A DNA stretch of 64,000 nucleotides. Origin: Trueperaceae bacterium (GTDB taxonomy: Bacteria > Deinococcota > Deinococci > Deinococcales > Trueperaceae). Shown in pieces: positions 30,400-40,100 of this stretch. Where the stretch lies: contig JAXHNB010000005.1 of assembly GCA_034520945.1 (NCBI GenBank), forward strand, positions 704,001 to 768,000. Reading direction: 5' to 3'. The position numbers and the translations under genes are program-made. Under the pieces are notes generated by a model. The model saw nothing but the letters and a program-made list of their open reading frames with translations. It was not told the origin of the DNA and did no database searches. Each line of letters opens with the position of its first letter. Within the stretch, counting starts at the first letter, position 1.

Positions 30400-31365
30400 T
30401 CAGGGGTTCAGCGCCCGCGCGTAGCCGAGGCGGATCGCGGCGCCCACGTCGCGATGCGTGTCGCGGTGCGCGCTTGCGCCCAGTTGGATTTCGCCGTCAC
30501 GCCAGGGCACCACGAGGCTCGCGTTCGCATCGATGGGGTGCCGCTGCGGCGCCAACGGTCGCACGCGCAGCCGCCACGACAGGCGCGCCGCGTCTACGCG
30601 CACCGCGCCGCGCGTCTCGACGCCCAAGGCGCCGCGCAGGCCGTCCCCTTCGCCGGGGGCGGCGTCCCACCAGGCGGTGATTTGGATCTCCGGGGCCCGC
30701 CGGGGCGTGACCAGGACGCCGGCCCCGACGCCCGCGCGGCCGTCGGCGCGGTCCGCCGCTCGGCCCTGGACCACCAGGATGCCATCGACGGTGCGGGACA
30801 GCAGGCGCCGCGCGCGCAGCGTGGCGCTGGCGTCGATCGACGTCGCCGCTCGCGCGACGTCCCGCTCCATGCGGGCGTCGAGGCTCACGATCCAGGTTCC
30901 GTCCAGCCGCACGTCGCTGCCGACCGCCAGCGCGACGCCTTCGCCGGCCCGCCCCAGACCGGGATCGGCCAGCGGGTCGAACCGGTCGGGCGGAGCGGTC
31001 CACGCCTCCAGCGAGGCGCGGGCCGCCACCGGCCCGAGCGTGCCGCGCCCGCCCGCGCGTGCCCGGGTGGCGAACCCGCCCGGCCCGGCACGCACGCCGC
31101 CGTCCAGTTCGAACACGAGGGTGCCGAACGGCGGCAGGCTGCTGCTGCGACGGACCGACAGGTCCAACCCGGGCGCCCGCCCCAGCACGGCCGAGGCGGA
31201 CACGGTGTCGGGCCCCTGGCGCACCCCGTCCAAGCCCAGGTGCACCGTGCGTTCCGGGCCTGCCACGAGGGCGGCTTCGAAGGTCTGGGACGCCGCCGTG
31301 CCGGTGCAGGCGAGCACGGCCACGGCGGCGAGCCACAAGGAGAGGAGGGGTATGGGTCGGGTCAC
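30400..31365 (-). CDS. Hypothetical exported protein, possible outer-membrane beta-barrel
   Basis: Signal peptide (LLSLWLAAVAVLACTGTAAS), alternating beta-strand pattern, C-terminal AAIRLGYA. Confidence 0.55.
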   Translation of the reverse strand: MTRPIPLLSLWLAAVAVLACTGTAASQTFEAALVAGPERTVHLGLDGVRQGPDTVSASAVLGRAPGLDLSVRRSSSLPPFGTLVFELDGGVRAGPGGFATRARAGGRGTLGPVAARASLEAWTAPPDRFDPLADPGLGRAGEGVALAVGSDVRLDGTWIVSLDARMERDVARAATSIDASATLRARRLLSRTVDGILVVQGRAADRADGRAGVGAGVLVTPRRAPEIQITAWWDAAPGEGDGLRGALGVETRGAVRVDAARLSWRLRVRPLAPQRHPIDANASLVVPWRDGEIQLGASAHRDTHRDVGAAIRLGYARALNP

Positions 31366-31467
31366 GCCGACAGCCTGACACGTCGCGACCTGGGCGCCGC
31401 CGGTGCGGGTGGTAGACTCCCGGACGTTTGGCCGCACGCCGGCCGCACGCCGAAGGGACCCTCGATC

Positions 31468-34008
31468 ATGAACATCCTCGGACGACTGACCGTCCTTCCC
31501 CATGTGCCCGAACCGCTGGCCCCGCTCGAGGAGCTGGCCCGCAACCTGTACTGGACGTGGTCGCCGAGCGTCCGCGCCCTGTTCCGCCGCTTGGACCGGT
31601 CGGTGTGGGAGGCGTCCGGGCACAACCCGGTGGCGCTTCTTCGGGACGTCACGCAGGAACGGTTGGACGAGGCCGCCCGCGACGCGGCGTACGTCGAAGA
31701 GGTGCAACGGGCGTATCGCACCTACCGCGCGTACGTCGACCAGGCCAGTTGGTTCGATCGGGAGGTCGGCGAGGAGCACGTCTACGCCTACTTCTGCGCG
31801 GAGTACGGCTGGCACGAGGCGGTGGCGCTGTACTCCGGCGGCTTGGGGGTGTTGGCCGGCGATCACACCAAGGCGGCCAGCGATCTGGGGGTGCCGCTGG
31901 TCGGCGTCGGCCTGTTCTACCCGGAGGGGTACTTTCACCAGCGCATCGCCCGGGACGGGTCCCAAAAGGCCGTGTACGAGCGACACGAGCCGACGGACCT
32001 CCCGCTGAAGCTGGTCACCGACGACGAGGGGCAGGCGCGCGTCGTCAAGGTCCAGGCCTTCGGGCGCGAGCTGGCCATCCGGGCCTGGCGGGCCGACGTG
32101 GGGCGCGTGCCCGTCTACCTGTTGGACGTGGACCTGCCGGCCAACGCGCCCCAGGATCGCGCGTTGGCGCGCCGCCTGTACGGCGGCGACCAGCGGACGC
32201 GCATCGCGCAGGAGATCGTGCTCGGCATCGGCGGGGTGCGGATGTTGCGCGCCATCGGGATCGCCCCCACCAGTTGGCACATGAACGAGGGGCACAGCGC
32301 CTTCATGGCGTTGGAGCGCTGCCGCGAGTTGGTGGCGCAGGGGCACGGCTTCGCGGCGGCTCGGGAGGCGGTGGCGGCCGGGACGGCGTTCACCGTGCAC
32401 ACGCCGGTCGCGGCGGGCAACGACGCGTTCCCCTTCGAACTGGTCGACGAGGCGTTCGGAGGGTGGTGGAACGCGCTCGGCGTTCGTCAGCACGACTTCC
32501 ACGGGCTCGGCCACGCGGACCACGGCTGGGGCCCGGTGTTCAGCATGCCGGCCTTGGCGTTGCGCATGTCCACGGCGCGCAACGGCGTGGCGCGCCTTCA
32601 CGGTCAGACCAGCCGGCGCATCTGGAACGACCTGTGGCCGGAGGTTCCGAGCGAGGAGGTGCCGATCTCGCACGTGACCAACGGCGTGCACGCCGCCACC
32701 TGGCTGAGTTTCGAGGTGGATGCGCTGCTGGACGAGCTGCTGCCGGAGGGGTGGCGGGTGGACCTGTCCGACGCCGACATGTTCGCGCCGGTGCGCGAGG
32801 TCGACCCCGTTCGCCTGTGGAAGGTGCGACGCACCCTCAAGGCCGGTTCGGTCCGCTTCCTGCGCCGGCGCGTGCTGCGCCAGCTGGAGCGGCAGGAGGC
32901 CAGTCCCACCGCGAAGCACGGCAGCCGTGAACTGTTCGACCCGGAGGCGCTCACCATCGGCTTTGCCCGGAGGTTCGCCACCTACAAGCGGGCGACCCTC
33001 ATCTTTCACGACCTCGACCGGCTGGCGGGGATTCTGTCGGATCCGGACCGGCCGGTCCAACTGGTGTTCGCCGGCAAGGCGCACCCGGCCGACGGGGACG
33101 GCCAGGCGCTGATCCAACGCATCGACGAGCTTTCGCGCGATCCGCGCTTCGCCGGCCGGATCCTGTTCATCGAGGACTACGACATGGCGGTCGGGCGTGC
33201 GCTCACGCGCGGGGTGGACGTGTGGCTGAACACGCCGCGCCGTCCCCTGGAGGCGTCGGGGACGTCGGGACAGAAGGCGGCGATGAACGGCGTGCTGAAC
33301 CTGTCGGTGCTGGACGGGTGGTGGCCCGAGGGGTACGACGGCGAGAACGGGTGGGCGATCGGCAACGGCGCCGGCTTTGAAAACGCTTCGCGCGCCGACG
33401 AAGCGGACGCCGATGCGCTGTACGACCTGCTGGAGCGCGAGGTGGTGCCGCTGTACTACCACCGCGACGGCGACGGCGTGCCGCGCGCGTGGATGGCCCG
33501 CGCCGCCCAAGCGATCGGCACCGTGCTTCCCCAGTTCAACGCACAACGCATGGTCAAGGACTACGTGCGGCAGGCCTACGCCCCCACGTCGCAGGCGTCG
33601 GCGCGGATGGCGCAGGACGGGTACGCGCCCGCCACGGCGTTGGCCGCCTGGAAGAAGCACGTGCGGGAGCACTGGGGTGACGTGTTCTTCGACGCCGAAC
33701 CGGCCGAGGGCGGCGTACGGCGCGTCGGGGATCAGGTGGAGGTGACGGCGGTGCTGAACCCCAGGCAGCTGTCGGACGTCGAGCTTCGCGTCGAGGTCGT
33801 GTACGGACCCGAGTCGGGCAGTCTGTCGACCGGCCTGCGCCGCGTCTCGATGGAGGAGGTCGAGCGCTACGACGACGGCGGCGTCCTCTACCGCGCCCGC
33901 TTCCGCCCCGACTTCAGCGGGCGCGTGGTGTACGGCGTGCGGGTGCTGCCGGTCCACGAGGACCTGGCCAGCCCGTTCGACGCCGGCGCGATCCGCTGGG
34001 CCAGCTGA
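31468..34008 (+). CDS. glgP: Alpha-glucan (glycogen/maltodextrin) phosphorylase
   Basis: YSGGLGVLAGDH, HMNEGH, FARRFATYKRA, EASGTSGQK PLP site. Confidence 0.95.
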   Translation: MNILGRLTVLPHVPEPLAPLEELARNLYWTWSPSVRALFRRLDRSVWEASGHNPVALLRDVTQERLDEAARDAAYVEEVQRAYRTYRAYVDQASWFDREVGEEHVYAYFCAEYGWHEAVALYSGGLGVLAGDHTKAASDLGVPLVGVGLFYPEGYFHQRIARDGSQKAVYERHEPTDLPLKLVTDDEGQARVVKVQAFGRELAIRAWRADVGRVPVYLLDVDLPANAPQDRALARRLYGGDQRTRIAQEIVLGIGGVRMLRAIGIAPTSWHMNEGHSAFMALERCRELVAQGHGFAAAREAVAAGTAFTVHTPVAAGNDAFPFELVDEAFGGWWNALGVRQHDFHGLGHADHGWGPVFSMPALALRMSTARNGVARLHGQTSRRIWNDLWPEVPSEEVPISHVTNGVHAATWLSFEVDALLDELLPEGWRVDLSDADMFAPVREVDPVRLWKVRRTLKAGSVRFLRRRVLRQLERQEASPTAKHGSRELFDPEALTIGFARRFATYKRATLIFHDLDRLAGILSDPDRPVQLVFAGKAHPADGDGQALIQRIDELSRDPRFAGRILFIEDYDMAVGRALTRGVDVWLNTPRRPLEASGTSGQKAAMNGVLNLSVLDGWWPEGYDGENGWAIGNGAGFENASRADEADADALYDLLEREVVPLYYHRDGDGVPRAWMARAAQAIGTVLPQFNAQRMVKDYVRQAYAPTSQASARMAQDGYAPATALAAWKKHVREHWGDVFFDAEPAEGGVRRVGDQVEVTAVLNPRQLSDVELRVEVVYGPESGSLSTGLRRVSMEEVERYDDGGVLYRARFRPDFSGRVVYGVRVLPVHEDLASPFDAGAIRWAS

Positions 34009-34029
34009 GCCAGCTGAGCCAGCTGAGCC
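34000..34029 (+). repeat. 9-bp tandem repeat (GCCAGCTGA)x3.3 at the glgP stop
   Basis: gccagctga gccagctga gccagctga gcc. Confidence 0.9.
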
Positions 34030-34038
34030 CGCCGCGGT

Positions 34039-34743
34039 TCAGGCCGGCGGGGCGTCGGTGTAGACGCGAAGTTCGTCCAGGGCCCGGATCGACGTGGCGG
34101 GCAGGCGCTCCGGATCGCCCCCCGCCAGGGTGGCCTGCAACGCCGCACGCTTGCCGTCGCCCGCCACCAGGAACCACACCTGCCGCGACGCCGACAACGC
34201 CTCGGGCGTGAGCGACAGGCGGGGGGTCGGCGTCGAGGTGGGTCGCGTCGCCACGGCCAGGCCGGCCGCGCGGGTGCCGCCCGTGCCTGGAAACAGGCCG
34301 GCGGTGTGCGCGTCCTCGCCGAGGCCGAGCAGCGTGACGTCGAACCAGGGCCCCTCGCCGGGATCGCCCAGCGTGCGCCGAAGCTGCAGCGCGTAGGCGT
34401 CCGCCAGGTCCTGGGGGTCGGCGTCCGGCACGTACGGCCACGGCAGGATCTGGTCTTCCGGGATCGGCACGTGGTCCAGCAGCGCGTCGCGGGCCGCCCG
34501 TTCGTTGCGATCACCGTGGCCCGGGGGCACCATGCGCTCGTCCCCCCAGGCGATCCACATGCGCCCCCACGGCAGGTCACGGTGGTCCCGCAGCGCCCGG
34601 TAGATCGGGGTCGGGGTGCCGCCGCCGGACAGGCAGAGCACCGTTCGTCCGCGCGCCGCGTCGGCGTCGCGGATGGCCTGGAGCAGGTCTTGGGTCGCGG
34701 CGCGCGCGACGTCGGGTACGGGGCGGAGGTCGCTCGGTCGCAT
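34039..34743 (-). CDS. pgl: 6-phosphogluconolactonase
   Basis: LSGGGTP, WGDERMVP, LLGLGEDAHTAGLFPG, RLSLT. Confidence 0.92.
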   Translation of the reverse strand: MRPSDLRPVPDVARAATQDLLQAIRDADAARGRTVLCLSGGGTPTPIYRALRDHRDLPWGRMWIAWGDERMVPPGHGDRNERAARDALLDHVPIPEDQILPWPYVPDADPQDLADAYALQLRRTLGDPGEGPWFDVTLLGLGEDAHTAGLFPGTGGTRAAGLAVATRPTSTPTPRLSLTPEALSASRQVWFLVAGDGKRAALQATLAGGDPERLPATSIRALDELRVYTDAPPA

Positions 34744-34790
34744 AACTGCAGCGTACCTGGAGGCGCCCAGGGCACGTGGTAGCCTCCGTC

Positions 34791-35378
34791 ATGACCCCGA
34801 CAGCTCCCATGCGCGACCGTGCCTATGCGCTCATGACCGAGTGGACGCGCAACGACGGCCTGCGCCGGCACATGCTGGCGGTCGAGGCGGCCGTCGACGC
34901 CTACGCCTTGGAGGAGGGTGCCGACCGGGACCTTTGGGCCGCCACGGCGTTGTTGCACGACTTCGACTACGAAGCCTACCCGGACCCGAGCGAAGAGGGA
35001 CACCCCTTCGTCGGCGTGCGGCACCTACGGGCCGAAGGTTGGCCCGAGGAGGTGTGCGAAGCGATCCTGGGTCACGCCGACTACACCGGCGTTTCGCGCG
35101 CAAGCCGCTTGGCGAAGGTGTTGTACGCCTGTGACGAAGTGACCGGCCTGATCACGGCGGCGGTGCTGGTCCGGCCGGACAAGGACGTCCGCGAGCAGAC
35201 CCCCAAGAGCCTGAAGAAGAAGTTCAAGGACAAGGCGTTCGCCCGGGGCGTGAACCGTGACGACGTGCGGCGCGGCGCGGAGGAGCTCGGCGTCGACCTG
35301 TGGACGCACGTCACGTTCGTGCTGAGCGCCATGCAGGGGCGGGCCGAGGCGCTGGGCTTGGACGGCTCGCAGGCCTGA
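34791..35378 (+). CDS. HD-domain phosphohydrolase
   Basis: RRHMLAVE, LLHDFDYE, ACDEVTGLI, KDKAFARGVNR. Confidence 0.88.
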   Translation: MTPTAPMRDRAYALMTEWTRNDGLRRHMLAVEAAVDAYALEEGADRDLWAATALLHDFDYEAYPDPSEEGHPFVGVRHLRAEGWPEEVCEAILGHADYTGVSRASRLAKVLYACDEVTGLITAAVLVRPDKDVREQTPKSLKKKFKDKAFARGVNRDDVRRGAEELGVDLWTHVTFVLSAMQGRAEALGLDGSQA

Positions 35379-35423
35379 CGCCGCCGGCCGGGCTGGGCGA
35401 GGGCGCCGCCGCACCGCGGGCGG

Positions 35424-36383
35424 TCAGTCGCTCGTGCCGGCGTTCGTCGCCGGCTCGGGCGGCGGGATCTCCTCGAAGGCGGGGGGCGGGACCAGCCGGC
35501 GCCAGTTCCAGGCGCCGTCCCGGCGGGGCGGCCAGATGACGGCGGTGGCGCGTCCCGCGACGGTGATGCCGTCGACGGTGCCGAAGTAGCGCGAGTCCTC
35601 GCTGCCGCCCGCGGACGACTGCCGGTTGTCGCCCATCACCCAGTAGTCGCCCTCCGGCACGATCAGTTCGTGCACGAACGGCTCCCCCTCGGGCGCGTTC
35701 TCCGGGAACGGCGCCAGCGCATCCAACATCTCGCCGTAGTACAGCTCCACGCGAGGATCGCTGGCCGGCACGGGCGGCGGGTACGACCCGTCGTTCGGCA
35801 GCTGCGGCACCGCCGTGCCGCCGAGCGTGGTCGCGAAGCGGACGTGGAGCCCGTTCAGCTGGCTGTCGCGAAGGCTGATCACGGGGAAATCGATGGGGTC
35901 GGGCGTGATCTCGCCGCTCTCGGTGAGGTAGCGCTGATCGATCGCCACCCCGTTCACGAACACCCGCCCGTCGTCGATGCGCAAGCGGTCGCCGCCGCGG
36001 GCGATCACCCGCTTGATGAAGAACGGGCGCCGGTCCCGCTCCTGCGCGGTCGGGGCGTTGGCCGGTTCGCGTACCACCACGATTTCGCCGCGGCGGTAGG
36101 GGCCGAGGAGGCCGGCGCGCCGAAGCCAGGTGTCGTACTTGGGGATGAACACGCGGTCGCCCGTCAACAGGCTGCGGAGGACGTTGCTGCCGCCGACGCC
36201 GCCGTCCAGGTTGGGGCGCATGGAGCTGCCCACCACACCGACGGTATTGAACACGAAGGTGACCACCAGGTAGGCGATCGCCAGCGCTTCTGCGTAGCCG
36301 CGGACCTCGGTCCAGAAGCGCTGGGCGAAGGTCTTGCGGCCCGTGTTTTTGCCGGCGGGGCGAGCGGAACGCTTGTCGGACAT
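35424..36383 (-). CDS. lepB: Signal peptidase I
   Basis: GSSMRPNL (Ser), FIKRVI (Lys), MGDNR, SEDSRYFG. Confidence 0.92.
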   Translation of the reverse strand: MSDKRSARPAGKNTGRKTFAQRFWTEVRGYAEALAIAYLVVTFVFNTVGVVGSSMRPNLDGGVGGSNVLRSLLTGDRVFIPKYDTWLRRAGLLGPYRRGEIVVVREPANAPTAQERDRRPFFIKRVIARGGDRLRIDDGRVFVNGVAIDQRYLTESGEITPDPIDFPVISLRDSQLNGLHVRFATTLGGTAVPQLPNDGSYPPPVPASDPRVELYYGEMLDALAPFPENAPEGEPFVHELIVPEGDYWVMGDNRQSSAGGSEDSRYFGTVDGITVAGRATAVIWPPRRDGAWNWRRLVPPPAFEEIPPPEPATNAGTSD

Positions 36384-36399
36384 GCCGGCGAGTGTACCC

Positions 36400-37299
36400 C
36401 TAGCCGCGGTCGCTGGACGCTGTCGCCTCGCGCGCCGGCGCGTCCCACGTCGGGGGCAGCGCGTCGGGCCGGTCCCGAGCGATCGCGTCGAGGGAACGTT
36501 CGGCCACCTCGCGCCCGGTGCTCACGATGCTGCGAAAGGCACGGAACGACTCCACGCGGTATTGCGGCATGTCCAGGACGATGCGCACGTTGGCGGGGTG
36601 GAGGGCGTACTGCAACTCGGTCAGCATCGCCTGCATCACATCGGTCGAGCGCAGCATCATGCCGAGCATGGGGTTGCGTCGCTCCAGGCGCAGGGTCTTG
36701 GCCATTCGTTGCCACCAGCTCTCGGCGGCGTCCTCGTCGGACGGCAGCACCGAGCGGCGCGGCGAGGTCGTGTCGGAGGCGATGATGAAGTCGCAATCCA
36801 GAAGCGAGACCGCCTGCACCGGAAGATTGTTGACGATGCCGCCGTCGGCGAGCGTGCGGCCGTGCAGTTCGACGGGTTCGAACGCGCCGGGAAAGCTGGC
36901 CGACGCGCGGACGGCGCGGACGAGGTCGCCCTCCAGGAGCACATGCTCGTCACCGCTCTCGATGTCGGTGGTGGTCACGGCGAAGGGCTTGCGAAGCTGT
37001 TCGAAGCGTGCGGGAAGATGCTCGGCGAGGTACGTCTGCAGCTTCTCGCCCTTCATCAGGCCGGTCTGCAGGCTGAAGTCCAGCACGTCGCGCATGCTGA
37101 CGTCATCGGCCAGCTCATAGACTTCGTCCGCCGTCATGCCGTTGGCGTACAGCGCCCCCAGGATCGCCCCCATCGAGGTGCCGGCGATGACGTCGACGCG
37201 CATGTCGCGCGCCTCGAGCGCCTGCAACACCCCGATGTGGGCGAAGCCTCGGGCGGCACCCCCGGATAGAACCAGTCCCACGCGTGGGTGACGTGTCAT
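36400..37299 (-). CDS. Patatin-like phospholipase
   Basis: GGAARG, GTSMG, DGG motifs. Confidence 0.92.
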   Translation of the reverse strand: MTRHPRVGLVLSGGAARGFAHIGVLQALEARDMRVDVIAGTSMGAILGALYANGMTADEVYELADDVSMRDVLDFSLQTGLMKGEKLQTYLAEHLPARFEQLRKPFAVTTTDIESGDEHVLLEGDLVRAVRASASFPGAFEPVELHGRTLADGGIVNNLPVQAVSLLDCDFIIASDTTSPRRSVLPSDEDAAESWWQRMAKTLRLERRNPMLGMMLRSTDVMQAMLTELQYALHPANVRIVLDMPQYRVESFRAFRSIVSTGREVAERSLDAIARDRPDALPPTWDAPAREATASSDRG

Positions 37300-37405
37300 G
37301 CCGGCACGCTAGCACGCGCTACGCCGGCGAGCGGAATCGTTCCGCACGCGTCGGGCCGGGGCGTGCAGCCCCGGCCCGACGCGTTGTGCGGGCGATGGTT
37401 CCAGA

Positions 37406-38689
37406 TCATTCCTCCTCGGTCTCGGTGGGCACCACCGCCAGCTCGACGTCGATCTCGAGCGTCTCGTCGCCGCGCAGTACGCTCAGCGTGACCACGTCCC
37501 CTTCGGAGCGGGCGAACACGTGGCGTTGCAGCTGGTCGGCGCTGGTGATGGGGTCGCCGTCGGCGGCGGTGATCACGTCGCCCGGGACCGGCACCGTCTG
37601 GCCGCCGATTTGCACCGCGAACTCGCTGCCACGGAGGCCGGCCTCCTCAGCGGCGCTGCCCGGCTGGACCTGAAGCACGCCGACGCCCTCGTCGGGAATG
37701 CCGAGCCGCTCGCGAATCGCGTCGGGGTAGGCGCTCACGTCGCGGATCTGGATGCCCAGCCTGGGCCGCGTGTCGATGCTGGTGAAGCCGCCGTCGCGCA
37801 GGTCGTCCAGCACGCTGGACAGCGTCGAGCTCGGGACGGCGAAGCCGATGCCGAGCGAGCCGCGCTGCCCCCCGGCGCCCAAGCTGGGGATGATGGCGGT
37901 GTTCACGCCGATCAGGTCGCCGCTGGAGTCCAGCAGCGGCCCGCCGGAGTTGCCGGGGTTGATGGCGGCGTCGGTCTGGACCAGGGGGACGTTCACCTCG
38001 CCGACGCCGGGCAGGGAGCGGCCGATGCCGGAGACGATGCCGGTGGTGACCGTCGACTCGAAGCCGAAGGGGTTGCCGATCGCGATGGCCTTCTGGCCGA
38101 CCATGGGCGCTTCGCCGTTCCCCAGCTCGATCGGCCGCAACGTCTCCGGCAGCGCGGAGGGGTCTTCCAGCTGCAACAGGGCGAGGTCGTACAGGGCGTT
38201 GGCGCCCTGCACGGTCGCCGGGTGCGTGCTCCCGTCGGGGAAGCTCACGGTGAGTTCGGCGCCCTCGCGCAGGTCGACCGAGCCGTCCTGCAGCGCCTGG
38301 GCGACCACGTGGTAGTTGGTCACGACCCCGCCGTCGGCGTCGACGACGAATCCGCTGCCGGAGCCGCGCCGGGGTGCCTGGCGTTCCTCGAACTCGGGCA
38401 TGAACTCGCGGAAGAAGGGCGGGATCTGGTCCTCGGGGATGTCCTCGAACGGGCTGGTGATGCGGCCTTCGACCGAGACGTTGACCGCCACCACGGCGGG
38501 CCCGTAGGTGTCGACGATGTCGACGGTGTTGCGTTCGTCTGGCAGCAGCGCGTCCGCGGGACGTGTGGCGTCCTGGCTCTCGGACTGGGCGCCGACCGGG
38601 CCGATCGGCACCAGCAACACCAGGGCGGCGACGCTCAGAAGCGCGGCGAGGGCGTAGGTGGCGCGACGGAAGGTGTGATGCAAGGGCAT
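37406..38689 (-). CDS. HtrA/DegP-family serine protease (S1C plus PDZ)
   Basis: GSGF, TNYHV, DLALL, DAAINPGNSGGPL, single PDZ; SD GAGG. Confidence 0.93.
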   Translation of the reverse strand: MPLHHTFRRATYALAALLSVAALVLLVPIGPVGAQSESQDATRPADALLPDERNTVDIVDTYGPAVVAVNVSVEGRITSPFEDIPEDQIPPFFREFMPEFEERQAPRRGSGSGFVVDADGGVVTNYHVVAQALQDGSVDLREGAELTVSFPDGSTHPATVQGANALYDLALLQLEDPSALPETLRPIELGNGEAPMVGQKAIAIGNPFGFESTVTTGIVSGIGRSLPGVGEVNVPLVQTDAAINPGNSGGPLLDSSGDLIGVNTAIIPSLGAGGQRGSLGIGFAVPSSTLSSVLDDLRDGGFTSIDTRPRLGIQIRDVSAYPDAIRERLGIPDEGVGVLQVQPGSAAEEAGLRGSEFAVQIGGQTVPVPGDVITAADGDPITSADQLQRHVFARSEGDVVTLSVLRGDETLEIDVELAVVPTETEEE

Positions 38690-38818
38690 TGGATCCTCCT
38701 CGTTCCTGGCGGGCAAAGGCCCGCCGAAGATTCTTGCCTACAGGATAGGACGAAGACCTGAGTGTCTAGTCGTGTGGGAATGAACCGTATGAGCGTGCGG
38801 GCCGAGGCTTGGACCGGC

Positions 38819-39739
38819 CTACGCTTCGCGGGCGCGGTCCCCCTCGGGCGGAGAGGCATGCTCGCGCGAGGCGCGCTGCAGGCCCCACACCAGCGCGCCC
38901 GCCGCGCCCGCCAGCAGCAGGGCCCCGAGCAGCTCGGCGACCCCCGGCGGGGTAGCGGCGACCGTGCGGCCGTCCGCGTCCACCTGCCACGGCCACACCT
39001 TGCGGAGCGCCCCCAGCAGCACGCCGATCAGCACCCCCATGGTGACGTCGTGGTGGCGGCGCAACAGAACCGCCAGCACCCGCGAGAACGCCAGCAGCCC
39101 CACCGCCATGCCAGCGGCCAGCGGCGCCAGCACGGCGAGGTCGGCGCGCGACAGCGCGTCCAGCACCAGTTCGTACTTGCCCAGCAGCACCAGCACGAAC
39201 GCCCCCGACACCCCCGGCAGCAGCAGCGCGCTGACCGCCAGCAGCCCCGAAGCCGCCAGCACCCAGGGTGCGTCCGGCGTCACCGCCGTCGGCAGGCCGA
39301 CCAGCACGAAGGTGGCGGGGGCCGCCACCGCCGCCCCCAGCAGGGGCCGGGCACGGTCGCCCCGGATCCGCATCAGCACCGACACCGCCGACGCGGCGAT
39401 CAGGCCGAAGAAGAACGCGTACACCGCTGCGCGGTACGACGCCAGCAACGCGCCGAGCAGGGGGGCCAGCGTCACGATGGCCACCGCGATCCCGAGCGCG
39501 AGCGTCGCCAGGAACCTCCCGTCGACCGCCCGCCAGGCGTCCCCCCACCGCCCTGCCCGTACCGCCCGCCACAGCGCCTTCCGAGTGAACGCGCCGAGGC
39601 TGGCGATCAATCGGTCGTACACGCCCAGGACCAGCGCCATCGTCCCGCCGGACACGCCCGGCACGAGGTCGGACGCGCCCATCGCCACGCCGCACGCCGC
39701 GGTGTAGACGAAGCCCCGCCTTGCAGGTTCGGCGTTCAC
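38819..39739 (-). CDS. DUF368 membrane protein (undecaprenyl-phosphate translocase family)
   Basis: Two copies of PGVSG (DLVPGVSGGTMAL, LLPGVSGAF), multi-TM, KVWPW. Confidence 0.85.
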   Translation of the reverse strand: MNAEPARRGFVYTAACGVAMGASDLVPGVSGGTMALVLGVYDRLIASLGAFTRKALWRAVRAGRWGDAWRAVDGRFLATLALGIAVAIVTLAPLLGALLASYRAAVYAFFFGLIAASAVSVLMRIRGDRARPLLGAAVAAPATFVLVGLPTAVTPDAPWVLAASGLLAVSALLLPGVSGAFVLVLLGKYELVLDALSRADLAVLAPLAAGMAVGLLAFSRVLAVLLRRHHDVTMGVLIGVLLGALRKVWPWQVDADGRTVAATPPGVAELLGALLLAGAAGALVWGLQRASREHASPPEGDRAREA

Positions 39740-39819
39740 GCCCGCGAAGGTAGCACGTCCCGTGCCCGTGGCTCGCGTCTGCGCCGCCCGCGTACGGTAG
39801 GCTGCGGGCGGGGAGGCCC

Positions 39820-40098
39820 ATGGACGAATTCCACGACACGGACCGGGACGAGCGGGCGGCGCAGGTGGACGGCGCCGGCGTGGACGGGGCCGCGCTGGAC
39901 GCGTTGGCGGGGCAACTGGTGTGGCGCATCGGCCGGGTGTCGGACGAGGGGCCCGTGACCGTGCGCGTCGGCCTGGCGCGCAGCACCCCCGCGTTCGCCG
40001 ACCTGCCACGCCTCCGCAGCGCCAGCGAGGGCGAGCTCGAAGAGGCGCTGGCGCAGGGGCGTGTCCGCGTCGAGTGGGTCGGCGGGCGGGGTCGCTGA
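39820..40098 (+). CDS. DUF3248-like small protein
   Basis: LVWRIG..VRVGLA..FADLPRL..VEWV pattern recalled from a Deinococcus-Thermus family; SD GGAGG. Confidence 0.7.
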   Translation: MDEFHDTDRDERAAQVDGAGVDGAALDALAGQLVWRIGRVSDEGPVTVRVGLARSTPAFADLPRLRSASEGELEEALAQGRVRVEWVGGRGR

Positions 40099-40100
40099 GG

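Noticed and set aside
30400..33957. 1185-aa minus-strand ORF
   Set aside because: Antisense shadow of glgP caused by GC3 bias; only the last 321 or so codons (30400-31365) look like a real gene.
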